Shown: in pieces, positions 17,553 through 26,675 of the stretch
Layout of the letters: the number at the start of each line of letters is the position of its first letter
How positions within the stretch are numbered: position 1 is the first letter of the stretch
NCBI GenBank assembly: GCA_030595905.1
Contig: JAUVLE010000003.1
Location: 1 to 34,313, forward strand
From: Candidatus Cloacimonadota bacterium
GTDB taxonomy: Bacteria; Cloacimonadota; Cloacimonadia; Cloacimonadales; TCS61
DNA: 34,313 bases
Direction of reading: 5' to 3'
The notes under the pieces: generated by a model
Database searches by the model: none
The model's input: only the letters and a program-made list of their open reading frames with translations
Told to the model about the DNA's origin: nothing
Position numbers and translations under genes: made by a program

Positions 17553-20183
17553 ATGAAAAAGAAATTATGTTTTGTTATGTTGTTTGTTAGTTTTACAATT
17601 GGTTTATTTGGAACTGAGATTTTTGTGTACGCAGGAGAATCAATTCAAGATGCAATTGATATGTCTGTAAATGGGGATATTATAACCGTATATAATGGAG
17701 AATATGTTGAAAATTTAGTAATCGAGAACAAAAGTATAACTTTGAGAAGTGAATCAGGTAATTCAGATCAGTGTATCATTAATGGTAATTATAATGGACA
17801 TGTAATAGAAATAAATTTTGGAGATTATGTTATAATTCAAGGATTTACAATAAAAAATAGTGGAACTAATTATATAAACAATCCATTAGATCATACAGAT
17901 GTATATGATTCCGGAATATTTTCTTACTTTACTGATGTTATAAAAATTCAACATAATAAATTTACTAATAATTACTGTGGGATCTATATGAAAATAATTA
18001 GAATCAAAGCTGAGATAACATCAAATACCTTTGATGATTTAATATATGTACCAATTGGAAGTTCAAAATTCATTTTTTGGCATGGTTATGAATATTTGTC
18101 TGCAAACATGATAATTAAGGATAACTATTTTTATAAAACATATCCTTCATATTTAAATAGCCTTATAGATTGCTGGTATTGCAATATTGAAATTATAAAT
18201 AATGAATTTTCTATACATAGAGCTAACGTAATAGATATTAGACATACATCACTAATTACTGTAAACAAAAATAATTTCATTTTTTCATATTCAGGAACTG
18301 CTGTAGTTGCTACCAACACTGACTTAATAATGAATTTTAATAGTATAATTTATGAAGATGGTTCCACAGGTACTGCTGTACAATGCTATTCAGGCGGATA
18401 TGGGCCAACAGACTATAAGACTGGATATTTTGCTGAAAATCTTATCGTTGGAGGAACAAAAGGCTTCAGGTTTGAGGATATAGAAGGAAGTCCTGCAAAT
18501 TTTCATGGCTTTTTTAAAAATAACATTGTATCATTATGTGAAACAGCAATTCATATTGAAAATGTAGTAACACCAGGTGCAGAAAACAATATACTGGAAT
18601 TCAAAAATAACATTATTTGGAATGTTGATACAGCTTTTGATATTGAAAGGGAATTGATTATACCAATAAATATTGAATTTTCTTGTATCGAAGGTGGTGT
18701 TCCTGTAGATCCATCTATTATAAATGGTGAAGGTAACATCGACGATGACCCACTATTTGCTCCGGACTACCACCTTTCCGAAAACAGCCCCTGTATAGAT
18801 ACTGCTGACCCTGATACTGATGGTGATGGTGTGGACTGGATTTATGATGAAGATGACAGAGACCTGGACGGCTCTCGAAAAGATATAGGGTGTTATCCAT
18901 TCTTACACGACTATGATACCAAACACTTCCACAAAGGCTGGAACTGGACGAGTGTGCCCATACTTGATGTTGTACCGGGTGAAGAATTCCAATATGCAGA
19001 CGAATTTCTGAAAGATGAAGAGAATGAACCAACTATTCCTCATTTTACATGGATAAAAGGGAAAAGAAAGATTGGTGGGGAATGGGAATTTATGGATATT
19101 ACTTATGATCCTGAAGAACCAGAACCTTGGTCTGATTTTGACGACTTTGAAAACAAATTATATCGTCATGAAGGATATAAGATCGAAGTAACTGATGATA
19201 GTGGTGAAGAAATTCTAATTGTAACAGGTGAAAGAATAGAACCGGACTATCCGTTGAATTTTGAATATGGTATATATCACTGGTATGGTTACTTCCTGCC
19301 CTATAATCAAAATATCAAAGATGCCTTTGGCGATCATTGGGAAGATGTCTATATGGTAAAAGCTGAGAAATGGACTTATTTCTGTGGGGAACAACCTCGT
19401 GGAACATCCGAACCTGTTTGGGGAATGACGCCTGACGGCAAGACCATGGAATACGGTAAAACTTATGTTATAAAAATGAAAAATGAAGTAACAGGCTTCA
19501 CCTGGAACGATTCCGGAATAGAGGAAGAACCGGTTAAAAAAGGAGAAACTCAATTTTTTACATACCAGGATAAGCCGGATTATGAGGTTATCGAGATAGA
19601 CTCAATTGCCGGTATTGGAAATATGGTAGAAATAGGAGTTTTTGAAGATGGAGCCTGCGTTGGAGCAGCAGTTGCAGATACACTTCCAGTCCAGGTATTA
19701 GCATATACAGACCAATTCAATCGTGATGGAACAACATTATCATTCCAGGTAGAAACAGGAAGGGGTATTCCACAGGTTATAAAGAGCTATTCTGTATTGA
19801 ACTTTGAAACAGGAAAGTATGAGATGAGACCTTTAGTTTCAGGTCAACAGGAATACTCGGTTATCAGGCTTGGTGAAGGTGATTATGAAGAAGTAACACC
19901 TGTCCAAAAGATAGTTCTTTCCAAAAATTATCCAAATCCTTTCAATCCGACTACAACCATCTTGTTCTCATTACCGGAAGAGATGAAGATAGATCTTTCA
20001 ATCTACAACATCAGAGGTCAAAAAGTTAGAACATTGTATAAAGGAAAAGCAGGTTCAGGTCAGCATACCGTTATCTGGAACGGAAAGGATAATAATGAAA
20101 AACCGGTTTCATCCGGAATCTATTTCTATAAATTGGAAACAGGTGGAAAAGGCAAAGTCAGGAAAATGCTGCTTTTGAAATAG
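17553..20183 (+). CDS. Secreted parallel beta-helix protein with acidic Ca-binding-like loop and FlgD/T9SS-type CTD
   Basis: SIQDAID..GD.I.V..GEY.EN, I.GFTI.N, Asn-rich helix repeats, GNIDDDPLF..SPCID, DPDTDGDG, CTD NYPNPFNPTTTI. Confidence 0.8.
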   Translation: MKKKLCFVMLFVSFTIGLFGTEIFVYAGESIQDAIDMSVNGDIITVYNGEYVENLVIENKSITLRSESGNSDQCIINGNYNGHVIEINFGDYVIIQGFTIKNSGTNYINNPLDHTDVYDSGIFSYFTDVIKIQHNKFTNNYCGIYMKIIRIKAEITSNTFDDLIYVPIGSSKFIFWHGYEYLSANMIIKDNYFYKTYPSYLNSLIDCWYCNIEIINNEFSIHRANVIDIRHTSLITVNKNNFIFSYSGTAVVATNTDLIMNFNSIIYEDGSTGTAVQCYSGGYGPTDYKTGYFAENLIVGGTKGFRFEDIEGSPANFHGFFKNNIVSLCETAIHIENVVTPGAENNILEFKNNIIWNVDTAFDIERELIIPINIEFSCIEGGVPVDPSIINGEGNIDDDPLFAPDYHLSENSPCIDTADPDTDGDGVDWIYDEDDRDLDGSRKDIGCYPFLHDYDTKHFHKGWNWTSVPILDVVPGEEFQYADEFLKDEENEPTIPHFTWIKGKRKIGGEWEFMDITYDPEEPEPWSDFDDFENKLYRHEGYKIEVTDDSGEEILIVTGERIEPDYPLNFEYGIYHWYGYFLPYNQNIKDAFGDHWEDVYMVKAEKWTYFCGEQPRGTSEPVWGMTPDGKTMEYGKTYVIKMKNEVTGFTWNDSGIEEEPVKKGETQFFTYQDKPDYEVIEIDSIAGIGNMVEIGVFEDGACVGAAVADTLPVQVLAYTDQFNRDGTTLSFQVETGRGIPQVIKSYSVLNFETGKYEMRPLVSGQQEYSVIRLGEGDYEEVTPVQKIVLSKNYPNPFNPTTTILFSLPEEMKIDLSIYNIRGQKVRTLYKGKAGSGQHTVIWNGKDNNEKPVSSGIYFYKLETGGKGKVRKMLLLK

Positions 20184-20636
20184 GAACTCACCCTTCGGTC
20201 TTCTCCGGCAGTTGCCGGATACGCCCTGACAGGACTGTCCCTCCGCCTAAGGCGGATAAATCTCTTTAATTGAAACGAGGGAACATAAGATGCTTATGAA
20301 AGAAGAAATGCTGTCTTGCGAAGGTTTATCAGCCTTTGGCTTGGTTATGGAGCTTCCTCTAACTCTAAACCTTCGTAAGGCTTTCAATGTCATTCCCGTG
20401 AAAGCTTGTCCTAGAGAAATCTGGGACGGAAATCCACGAGATCCCCAGGCAAGCTGAGGATGACAAGAAAGAAAAAAACAGTGTCATTACCGGATAGTAC
20501 AGTGTCATTCCTCCTAAGGCGAATAAATCTCACGAACTATGTCCGGCTTTTTTTAATCATCTCTGGTAATTTGACGGAAGTGGGAATCTATGATTTAAAT
20601 AGATTCCCGATTCCCGATTTATCGGGAGGTATGACA
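20184..20636. repeat. Cluster of nested REP/dRS3-like palindromic elements
   Basis: TCCGGCAGTTGCCGGA, TCCGCCTAAGGCGGA, CTTGCGAAGGTTTA/TAAACCTTCGTAAG, TGTCATT(C/A)C x3, GGGAATCTA/TAGATTCCC, TCCCGATTTATCGGGA. Confidence 0.7.
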
Positions 20637-20650
20637 GATAAGAGAATATT

Positions 20651-22921
20651 ATGAAAAAACTCTTTATTTTATACTTTATACTTTTTACTTTGTTCACTTC
20701 ACTTCTTCTTGCAGAAACTATCGAAGTGAAACAAGACGGCACCGGTAACTTCCTTACCATCCAGGAAGGCATCGATGCTTCGATAGATTCCGATACTGTC
20801 CTCGTCTATCCCGGCACATATACAGAGAACGTTGTAATCGAAGCAAAGAATATAACTCTGGGAAGTTTATACCTTATTACTCAAGCTGATTCTCTTATTT
20901 ATCAAACCATAATTGACGGAAACCAGGACGGAAGTTGTGTCAGGATCGAGTTGGTTGATAGTGTTACTGTATGTGGATTTTCCATTACTAATGGTAGTGG
21001 TTTTGTTACTTATGGAGATATGTATAAAGGTGGAGGATTATATATTAATGACTCCCAAATTAACTTAAAAAGCTGTTTTATTTATGAAAATCATGCTCAT
21101 TATGGTGGTGGCATATATTTATGGGAGTCTTATGTAAATTTAGTTTCTACGGTTGTACATAATAATTATGCTGTATATGGTGGTGGTGGCATTAAATTAA
21201 CAATGTATAGTGAAATTACCTTTGATGGAAATGAATTGAACAGTATTTACCTTAACTATTCAGCGACAGGTTCGGATTTCAATAAAAGCACAAGCCCTGT
21301 ATTTACTGATGTTATAGTTGATACATTCACAGTTATCAACCCGGATGATTTTTATATTATGCCTATTGATGAAGTAAGTTATTCCATTCAACAAAGTAAA
21401 ATTCAACAAATAAATGCTGATATATTTATAGCACCTGACGGAAGTGATGAAAACAACGGTTTAACTCCAGCAGAACCCCTGCAGACAATTGCCCGGGCAG
21501 AAACCATAATCGCATCCGACAGTCTGAATCCGAAAACTATCCACTTAGCAGAAGGTGTATATTCACCATCATTAAATAACCAGAGATTCCCAATTAATAT
21601 AAAAAACTATGTAAATATCGTTGGAGAAAGCAAGGAAAATACTATCCTTAATGCAGAAGAAGAAACACCATTTATTTATTTCTTAAATAGTAATCTTTTC
21701 AGAGAATTTAATATTGAAAAATTAACTTTAACTAATGGATATTGTAATAATTATGCAGGTTCGTTAATACTTCATAGCGCACCTAACATTATACAACTAA
21801 AAGACATCAGAATTACAAATAGTGAAGGAGAATCTTGTAGTGTTTTAGCCTTTAATGATGGTTATTACTACTTTATGAATGTGGAAATTGTAGATAATTC
21901 TGGTGGTCAGGCTATTCAAATCTCAACTGTAGATTTCCCGCAATACAATCCCGTGGTATATGTAATTTTTGAGAACTGTACAATCAGAAGTAATTTACCC
22001 AATTTACCACCAGGTGATTGGGGTAATGGCGGAGCCTTACAGATTCGAGGTCATTATGAGCAGCCCGGTGATTATAATTGTAAGTTTATAAATACGGAAA
22101 TTACTGAAAATTACAATAATGTTTATGCACAAGGTTCAGGTGGAAAATCAGGTTTAAGTTTATTTCATGATATGAAAGCTGATATTATTAATTGTACAAT
22201 CGGTAATAATATTACGCAGTATAGTGCGGGAACTACTATTCAGTTATATAATAGTGCAGAAGCGAATTTTATAAACTCTATTTATTACGGAAATGAAGGA
22301 CAGGGCATGACTGTAGGAGATAGCTGCTATGTTTCATTTACAAATTCTTTATATGAGGGTGGAATAGATAATATAAATCTTTATGGCACAGCAGTTGTGG
22401 AGTGGTTTGGAGATAATTTATATTATGAAGACCCGATGTGGCAGGGAGAAGGAGCAGATTGGCCCTATGCTTTTTTATCCGGTTCACCCTGCATAAATGC
22501 AGGCACACCGGATACAACAGGTTTGAATTTACCGGAGTTTGATCTTGCCGGAAATCCCAGGATTTATAATGGTATTATAGATATGGGAGCTTATGAGTAT
22601 CAGGGTGTGGATGTAGAAGATGAAAATCTTCAATCTTCAATCTTCAATACTCAATTATCCAACTATCCTAATCCATTTAATCCTTTTACAATAATAAAAC
22701 TTGATCTTGCAGAATCAGGAAAAATTGAATTAGCAGTTTACAATATCAAAGGACAAAAAGTGAAAACCCTGATGGATGCATATTCCAGCACAGGTCATTT
22801 TGAGGTTATATGGAAAGGAAAAGATGAGAATGGAAACAAGGTTGCAAGTGGACACTATTTTGCTAAGCTTAAAGTGAATGAAGAAGTAAAAGCTGTTAGA
22901 AAGTTGATTTTGTTGAAATAG
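20651..22921 (+). CDS. Secreted beta-helix protein (DUF1565-like, choice-of-anchor Q-like motif) with FlgD/T9SS-type CTD
   Basis: VKQDGTGNFLTIQEGID, GGGIY repeats, APDGSDENNGLTPAEPLQTI, SPCINAG..DLAGNPR..IDMGAYEY, CTD. Confidence 0.8.
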   Translation: MKKLFILYFILFTLFTSLLLAETIEVKQDGTGNFLTIQEGIDASIDSDTVLVYPGTYTENVVIEAKNITLGSLYLITQADSLIYQTIIDGNQDGSCVRIELVDSVTVCGFSITNGSGFVTYGDMYKGGGLYINDSQINLKSCFIYENHAHYGGGIYLWESYVNLVSTVVHNNYAVYGGGGIKLTMYSEITFDGNELNSIYLNYSATGSDFNKSTSPVFTDVIVDTFTVINPDDFYIMPIDEVSYSIQQSKIQQINADIFIAPDGSDENNGLTPAEPLQTIARAETIIASDSLNPKTIHLAEGVYSPSLNNQRFPINIKNYVNIVGESKENTILNAEEETPFIYFLNSNLFREFNIEKLTLTNGYCNNYAGSLILHSAPNIIQLKDIRITNSEGESCSVLAFNDGYYYFMNVEIVDNSGGQAIQISTVDFPQYNPVVYVIFENCTIRSNLPNLPPGDWGNGGALQIRGHYEQPGDYNCKFINTEITENYNNVYAQGSGGKSGLSLFHDMKADIINCTIGNNITQYSAGTTIQLYNSAEANFINSIYYGNEGQGMTVGDSCYVSFTNSLYEGGIDNINLYGTAVVEWFGDNLYYEDPMWQGEGADWPYAFLSGSPCINAGTPDTTGLNLPEFDLAGNPRIYNGIIDMGAYEYQGVDVEDENLQSSIFNTQLSNYPNPFNPFTIIKLDLAESGKIELAVYNIKGQKVKTLMDAYSSTGHFEVIWKGKDENGNKVASGHYFAKLKVNEEVKAVRKLILLK
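22625..22652 (+). repeat. Heptamer tandem repeat (AATCTTC)x3 + AATACTC in the linker before the CTD
   Basis: aatcttc aatcttc aatcttc aatactc read directly; encodes NLQSSIFNT. Confidence 0.75.
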
Positions 22922-22979
22922 TGTCATATGATAATATGCTTTTGGATAGATTCATAAAATTTCGTTAAGGTCAGTTTCA

Positions 22980-22995
22980 TCCGGCAGTTGCCGGA
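22980..22995. repeat. 16-bp palindrome TCCGGCAGTTGCCGGA (second exact copy)
   Basis: Identical to 20204-20219. Confidence 0.8.
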
Positions 22996-23081
22996 CCGAA
23001 TTAACATAGTCTTCTGAAAAATAAGTTCAAGCGGTTTCGATATTCGATTCCGCTTTTGCTTTTTACATTAATAAAAAAAGT

Positions 23082-23111
23082 TAGACAATAAACATTTTAT
23101 TTAAAATTTTG
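23082..23111 (+). promoter_or_regulatory. Putative promoter of the glyS operon (TAGACA-N19-TTTTG)
   Basis: A-tract, TAGACA, 19 nt, TTTTG, then RBS GAGGA and ATG 23135. Confidence 0.4.
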
Positions 23112-23134
23112 ACCAAAATTTTGTTGAGGATTAA

Positions 23135-25225
23135 ATGCAGAGAAAAAATCTTCTTTTTGAAATCGGAATGGAAGAGATACCTGCCGGCTATATCGCAGGA
23201 GCAATCAATAAATTAGTTTCATATTTCGAGTCTGGCTTAAAAGAAGCAAAACTTGAATTTGAGGAAATAATTCCATTTTCAACTCCACGCCGCCTGACAA
23301 TAAAAATAACCTCTCTGCAAACTCAACAGCAAGATGAGATTATAGAAAAAGTGGGACCGGCCAAAACAGTTTCTTATGATGAAAAAGGGAATTTGACAAA
23401 AGCCGCACTTGGATTCTTAAAAGGTGCCGGAGCAGCAGAGAAAGATATTTTTATAAAAACAACTCCCAAAGGCGAAAAAATAGCCGTAAAAAAAGAATTT
23501 AAAGGAAAAGAAACAACAGAAATTTTAGCTCAAATCATCAAAGATGTAATTCCAAAAATCCCTTTCCCGAAATCCATGAAATGGGGAAGCGGAAAACTTT
23601 CGTTTGCACGTCCTATCCGCTGGCTGCTTGTGTTATATGGAGAAAACGTAATCTATCTCGAAATAAATGGTATTAAATCCGGAAATATCTCTTATGGAAA
23701 CCGCTTTCTGAAACTGGAAAATCCGGTTGAAATTAAAAATATAAATGAATACGAACAAAAGCTGGAAAGTGTCTTTGTGATACCGGATAGAGAAAAACGA
23801 AAGAAGATCATCTTTAAACAGATGGACGACCTTTTTATGAACTTAGACGAAAAAGTTATAGAAAATAATAACCTGGTTGATATTGTTACTGATCTTGTTG
23901 AATTCCCAACGGTAGTAATTGCAGAATTTGATATAAAATACCTGAACCTTCCAAAGAAAGTGGTAATGCTCACTTTATCTGAACATCAGAAATATTTTGC
24001 CATAAAAGACAATAATGGAAATATCACCAACAAATTCGTATTCATTTCCAATGGAGATGAAAAATATTCTAACCTGATAAAACAGGGTAATGAAAAAGTT
24101 ATAAAAGCCCGTCTGGAAGATGCGGCATTCTATTATAAAGAAGATACAAAACAAACATTAGAGAGTTATGTTCCAAAATTAAAAGAAGTTACATTCCAGG
24201 AAAAATTGGGATCACTTCTCGAAAAGACTGAAAGAATAAAAATACTCACTGAATACTTGTGTGATGAATTACAGTTAGATAAAACGATAAAAGAAAATTC
24301 AATGCGTGCTGCCCATTTATGTAAAGCAGACCTCGTTACAATGATGCTGGGAGAAAAGGAATTTACAAAATTGCAGGGATACATCGGTAATAAATATGCT
24401 CTCAAAAGTGGTTTGAACCCACAGACATCAAAGGCAATAGAAGAACATTATAAGAACGGTGACAATGAAAATGAGATGTCAATTGAAGGTTCTCTGGTTG
24501 CCATTGCAGATAAGATGGATACTGTTTGCGGAATTATTGGAGTCGATATGATCCCGACCGGTTCCAAAGACCCATTTGCTCTACGACGGGCAGGAAATGG
24601 AATTGTTCAGATAATCGCAGATAAAAAAATTGAGATCAGCCTGCATGATTTGATAGATAAAGCCTTCAATAACCTGCAAACAAAATTGACCGAACCAGAT
24701 CATAACAAAGATGTGGTTTACGACTTTTTCAGACAGCGTGTGAACTGGCTTCTTAAACAAGAAGAAATAGACTACGATATAATTGAAAGCGTTATGCATA
24801 TCGATCATTCTAATATTCCCGATCTGATTCACAGGGCAAAAGCACTTCAGAATTTCAAACAAAAAGAAAACTTCATCAAGCTGGTTCTGGGGTTCAAAAG
24901 AGTTTCCAATATAATTGCAGAAGCAAAAGAATTTGAAGAAGTAAACGCAAAACTTTTTATAGAAGATACTGAAAAACTGCTTTATGAAAAATGTTCGTTC
25001 TTAGAAAATCAAATAAACGATCTTCTTCCCAAAAAAGAATATGAAACAATACTTGAAAAACTTGTGATCTATGGCGCTGTCATCGATAAATTTTTTGATG
25101 ATGTTCTGGTGAATATCGAAGATAACGATCTGCGCCGGAACCGGTACAATTTGTTAAAAAAAATAAGAGAACTTTTCCTAAAAGTTGCTGATATTTCACG
25201 GATAGTTGTGGAAGGCGAAAAATAA
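23135..25225 (+). CDS. glyS: Glycine--tRNA ligase beta subunit
   Basis: LLFEIGMEEIPA, STPRRL, FPKSMKWG..FARPIRW, GNEKVIKARLEDA, KADL, EFTKLQG, PTGSKDPFALRR, KRVSNI, DALR-type C-terminus. Confidence 0.96.
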   Translation: MQRKNLLFEIGMEEIPAGYIAGAINKLVSYFESGLKEAKLEFEEIIPFSTPRRLTIKITSLQTQQQDEIIEKVGPAKTVSYDEKGNLTKAALGFLKGAGAAEKDIFIKTTPKGEKIAVKKEFKGKETTEILAQIIKDVIPKIPFPKSMKWGSGKLSFARPIRWLLVLYGENVIYLEINGIKSGNISYGNRFLKLENPVEIKNINEYEQKLESVFVIPDREKRKKIIFKQMDDLFMNLDEKVIENNNLVDIVTDLVEFPTVVIAEFDIKYLNLPKKVVMLTLSEHQKYFAIKDNNGNITNKFVFISNGDEKYSNLIKQGNEKVIKARLEDAAFYYKEDTKQTLESYVPKLKEVTFQEKLGSLLEKTERIKILTEYLCDELQLDKTIKENSMRAAHLCKADLVTMMLGEKEFTKLQGYIGNKYALKSGLNPQTSKAIEEHYKNGDNENEMSIEGSLVAIADKMDTVCGIIGVDMIPTGSKDPFALRRAGNGIVQIIADKKIEISLHDLIDKAFNNLQTKLTEPDHNKDVVYDFFRQRVNWLLKQEEIDYDIIESVMHIDHSNIPDLIHRAKALQNFKQKENFIKLVLGFKRVSNIIAEAKEFEEVNAKLFIEDTEKLLYEKCSFLENQINDLLPKKEYETILEKLVIYGAVIDKFFDDVLVNIEDNDLRRNRYNLLKKIRELFLKVADISRIVVEGEK

Positions 25226-25239
25226 CAGGAGGAAATAAA

Positions 25240-26445
25240 ATGGGAATTCAAATATCACACAGGGCAAAGGCGATAAAACCTTCTCCCACACTCATGGTCT
25301 CTTCGCTTGCAAAACAGATGAAAGCAGAAGGGATCGATGTGATCAATTTTGGGGTTGGAGAACCGGATTTCAATACTCCGGAAGTTATAAAGAATGCAGC
25401 CAGGAAAGCCATCGATGACAATTTTACAAGATACACTAATACGGCGGGCATCATCGAACTCAGAGAAGCTATTTCTGCCAAATTGAAAAGAGATAATAAC
25501 CTGGATTGCGATCCGAATGACATCCTGGTCTCACCGGGGGCAAAAGCTTCTATCGTATTCGTATTGATGACCGTTTGCGATCCTCGAGATGAAGTTTTGA
25601 TCCCGTCTCCGTATTGGGTCAGCTACACTTCTCAGGTAGAAATGGTGGATGCATTTCCGGTGCTTCTTCCCACTACGATGTCATCGAATTTCAAGATCAA
25701 TGCCAAGCAACTCGAAGAAGCAATTATATCGTTAAGCAGTCCCAAAGCACTTATTCTTAATTCTCCGAACAATCCTACCGGCTCTGTTTACACAAAAAAG
25801 GAACTGGAAGAAATTGCTAAAGTATGTATGAAATATGACATCCTGATAATTTCCGATGAGATCTATGAGAAGCTGATCTACGATGGAGAGGAACATGTTT
25901 CCATTGCTTCAATTTCCGATGAAGTGTGCGAACATACTATTTTGATAAACGGAGTTTCCAAAGCCTATGCAATGACCGGCTGGAGACTGGGTTATGCGGC
26001 AGGTCCATCGAAGATCATCAAATGTGCCGGCAGGATTCAAAGCCATACTACTTCCTGTGTAAATTCCATTACCCAGAAAGCCTCTATTGCAGCTTTGAAT
26101 GAGGGTGAAGAAAGCATCAAGGCAATGCGTTCCGAATTTGAAAAGAGAAGGAATTTCCTGGTTGGAGAATTGAACAAAATCCCGAATATTAAATGCTGTA
26201 TGCCAAAAGGTGCTTTTTATACAATGCCGAATGTTTCTTATTATCTTCAAAATAATAAAATCGGGATTAAAGATTCGATCGAACTTTGCGAATACCTGTT
26301 AAAGAAATTCAAAGTGGCAGTAGTTCCCGGTGCAGCTTTTGGTGCAGAAGGATTTGTCCGTTTTTCTTATGCCACCGGTATGGGAAACATAAAAAAAGGT
26401 TTGCAGCGCTTCGAGAAAGGATTGAAAGAAAGTATTTCCCGTTAA
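25240..26445 (+). CDS. aspC: PLP-dependent aminotransferase class I/II (aspartate aminotransferase-like)
   Basis: GEPDFNTP, NSPNNPTG, SDEIYEKL, SKAYAMTGWRLGY, PKGAFY, VRFSYA. Confidence 0.88.
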   Translation: MGIQISHRAKAIKPSPTLMVSSLAKQMKAEGIDVINFGVGEPDFNTPEVIKNAARKAIDDNFTRYTNTAGIIELREAISAKLKRDNNLDCDPNDILVSPGAKASIVFVLMTVCDPRDEVLIPSPYWVSYTSQVEMVDAFPVLLPTTMSSNFKINAKQLEEAIISLSSPKALILNSPNNPTGSVYTKKELEEIAKVCMKYDILIISDEIYEKLIYDGEEHVSIASISDEVCEHTILINGVSKAYAMTGWRLGYAAGPSKIIKCAGRIQSHTTSCVNSITQKASIAALNEGEESIKAMRSEFEKRRNFLVGELNKIPNIKCCMPKGAFYTMPNVSYYLQNNKIGIKDSIELCEYLLKKFKVAVVPGAAFGAEGFVRFSYATGMGNIKKGLQRFEKGLKESISR

Positions 26446-26462
26446 TTATCAAGGAATGAAAA

Positions 26463-26675
26463 ATGAATGAATTCAAGGAAGAATTGCTAAGGCGTCGCGA
26501 AAATCGAAGAAAGAAAAGAATTTCTACATGGACAAATCTTTTGATAAGAATCCTGGCATTGATATTCGTAATTGTCATTATTCGTTATCTGGGAAAATCA
26601 AATGTAAGGAAAATAGAGAGTTTGAAAAAAGCAGCACAAATGGATACAATTCAAATATTCGAGGATAAAAAATGA
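26463..26675 (+). CDS. Small single-pass membrane protein, unknown function
   Basis: Basic N-terminus plus one TM helix; AAGGA RBS; ATGA overlap with the next gene. Confidence 0.65.
   Translation: MNEFKEELLRRRENRRKKRISTWTNLLIRILALIFVIVIIRYLGKSNVRKIESLKKAAQMDTIQIFEDKK

Noticed and set aside
20184-20650. Possible CRISPR array, ncRNA or small ORFs (20460-20654, 20557-20772)
   Set aside because: Repeats are heterogeneous and irregularly spaced, with no cas genes; the ORFs just translate repeat DNA
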